From an uncultured bacterium (GTDB taxonomy: Bacteria > Oederibacteriota > Muellerivitia > Muellerivitales > Muellerivitaceae): 64,000 nucleotides of DNA. Location: assembly GCA_964525605.1 (NCBI GenBank), contig CAZGKT010000009.1, positions 5,815 to 69,814 of the forward strand, in the 5' to 3' direction. A program made the position numbers and the translations under genes. The notes below the pieces were generated by a model. That model ran no database searches and was not told the origin of the DNA. It saw only the letters and a list, made by a program, of their open reading frames with translations. Shown in pieces: positions 63,718-64,000 of this stretch; the stretch's first letter is position 1, and each line of letters opens with the position of its first letter.

Positions 63718-64000
63718 TCAATTAAACGCCATGCATTTGGCTTGGGCTTCTGCAACAAGGGTATTATTACCCAAGCAGGCCTGAGCCGCTGTCATATAAA
63801 GTCTTTTTCGTTTTTCTAGACTCCAGGCTGAAAGAAACACCTTTTGATCAACCGGGCAAGGCGCCTTCAAGCGAACCTGGTACTCAGCCGTGACCACCTT
63901 CAACCCTTTCAGCCAATAAAGATTCACCATCAATTCATCCAATAAAGCGCCTAATACTCCCCCGTGAACCACATTCGCAAAACCCTGAAGTTCTTTGGGA
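63718..64000 (-). CDS. PaaI-family hotdog thioesterase (5' end outside window)
   Basis: Frame stays open to the window end: ..PKELQGFANVVHGGVLGALLDELM..VVTAEYQVRLKAPCP. Confidence 0.82.
   Translation of the reverse strand, partial: PKELQGFANVVHGGVLGALLDELMVNLYWLKGLKVVTAEYQVRLKAPCPVDQKVFLSAWSLEKRKRLYMTAAQACLGNNTLVAEAQAKCMAFN

Overview
Bacterial chromosomal window in which every gene I can support lies on the minus strand. Left part (1-13.1 kb): housekeeping genes, namely partial tatC, a GldA/GldF/GldG-like ABC transporter plus a DUF4340 protein, an MCP, ruvB, a DinG-family helicase, a FecR-domain protein, rlmH, a phosphohexomutase and tRNA-Phe. Right part (17.0-60.7 kb): a ~44 kb flagellar cluster in transcription order flgBC fliEFGHIJ motAB fliLMN(Y)OPQR flhBAF flhG, a small membrane ORF, fliA, fapA, a SwrB-like gene, a FliK-C-like gene, a FlhB-C-like gene, [2 PorV-like barrels], flgF flgG flgA flgH flgI flgJ, a yvyF-like gene, flgM flgN flgK fliK flgD, TIGR02530, flgE, [Kelch lipoprotein], flbD. 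It is followed by a secreted T9SS-CTD-like protein and two more PorV-like barrels. Upstream of the cluster are a GAF-GAF-GGDEF diguanylate cyclase, an unannotated 34-aa bS22/mS38-like ribosomal protein gene and a partial thioesterase. L/P rings and OM barrels show a diderm cell, while the accessory flagellar genes are Firmicute/Spirochaete-like; a deep-branching candidate phylum is my inference only. No flagellin, fliD, fliS or flgL gene is in the window. Most striking observations: (1) the same covarying hairpin with a GGA/A internal loop in the 5' leaders of flgE and flgG; (2) PorV-like outer-membrane barrels with FN3 or FlgD-Ig domains placed directly upstream of flgF in the rod/LP-ring operon, whose FlgH has no lipobox; (3) an oversized hook module (FliK 988 aa, FlgE ~656 aa, divergent FlgK without FlgL) moved behind sigma28-type promoters. 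All family assignments come from motif recognition by eye; no database search was run.
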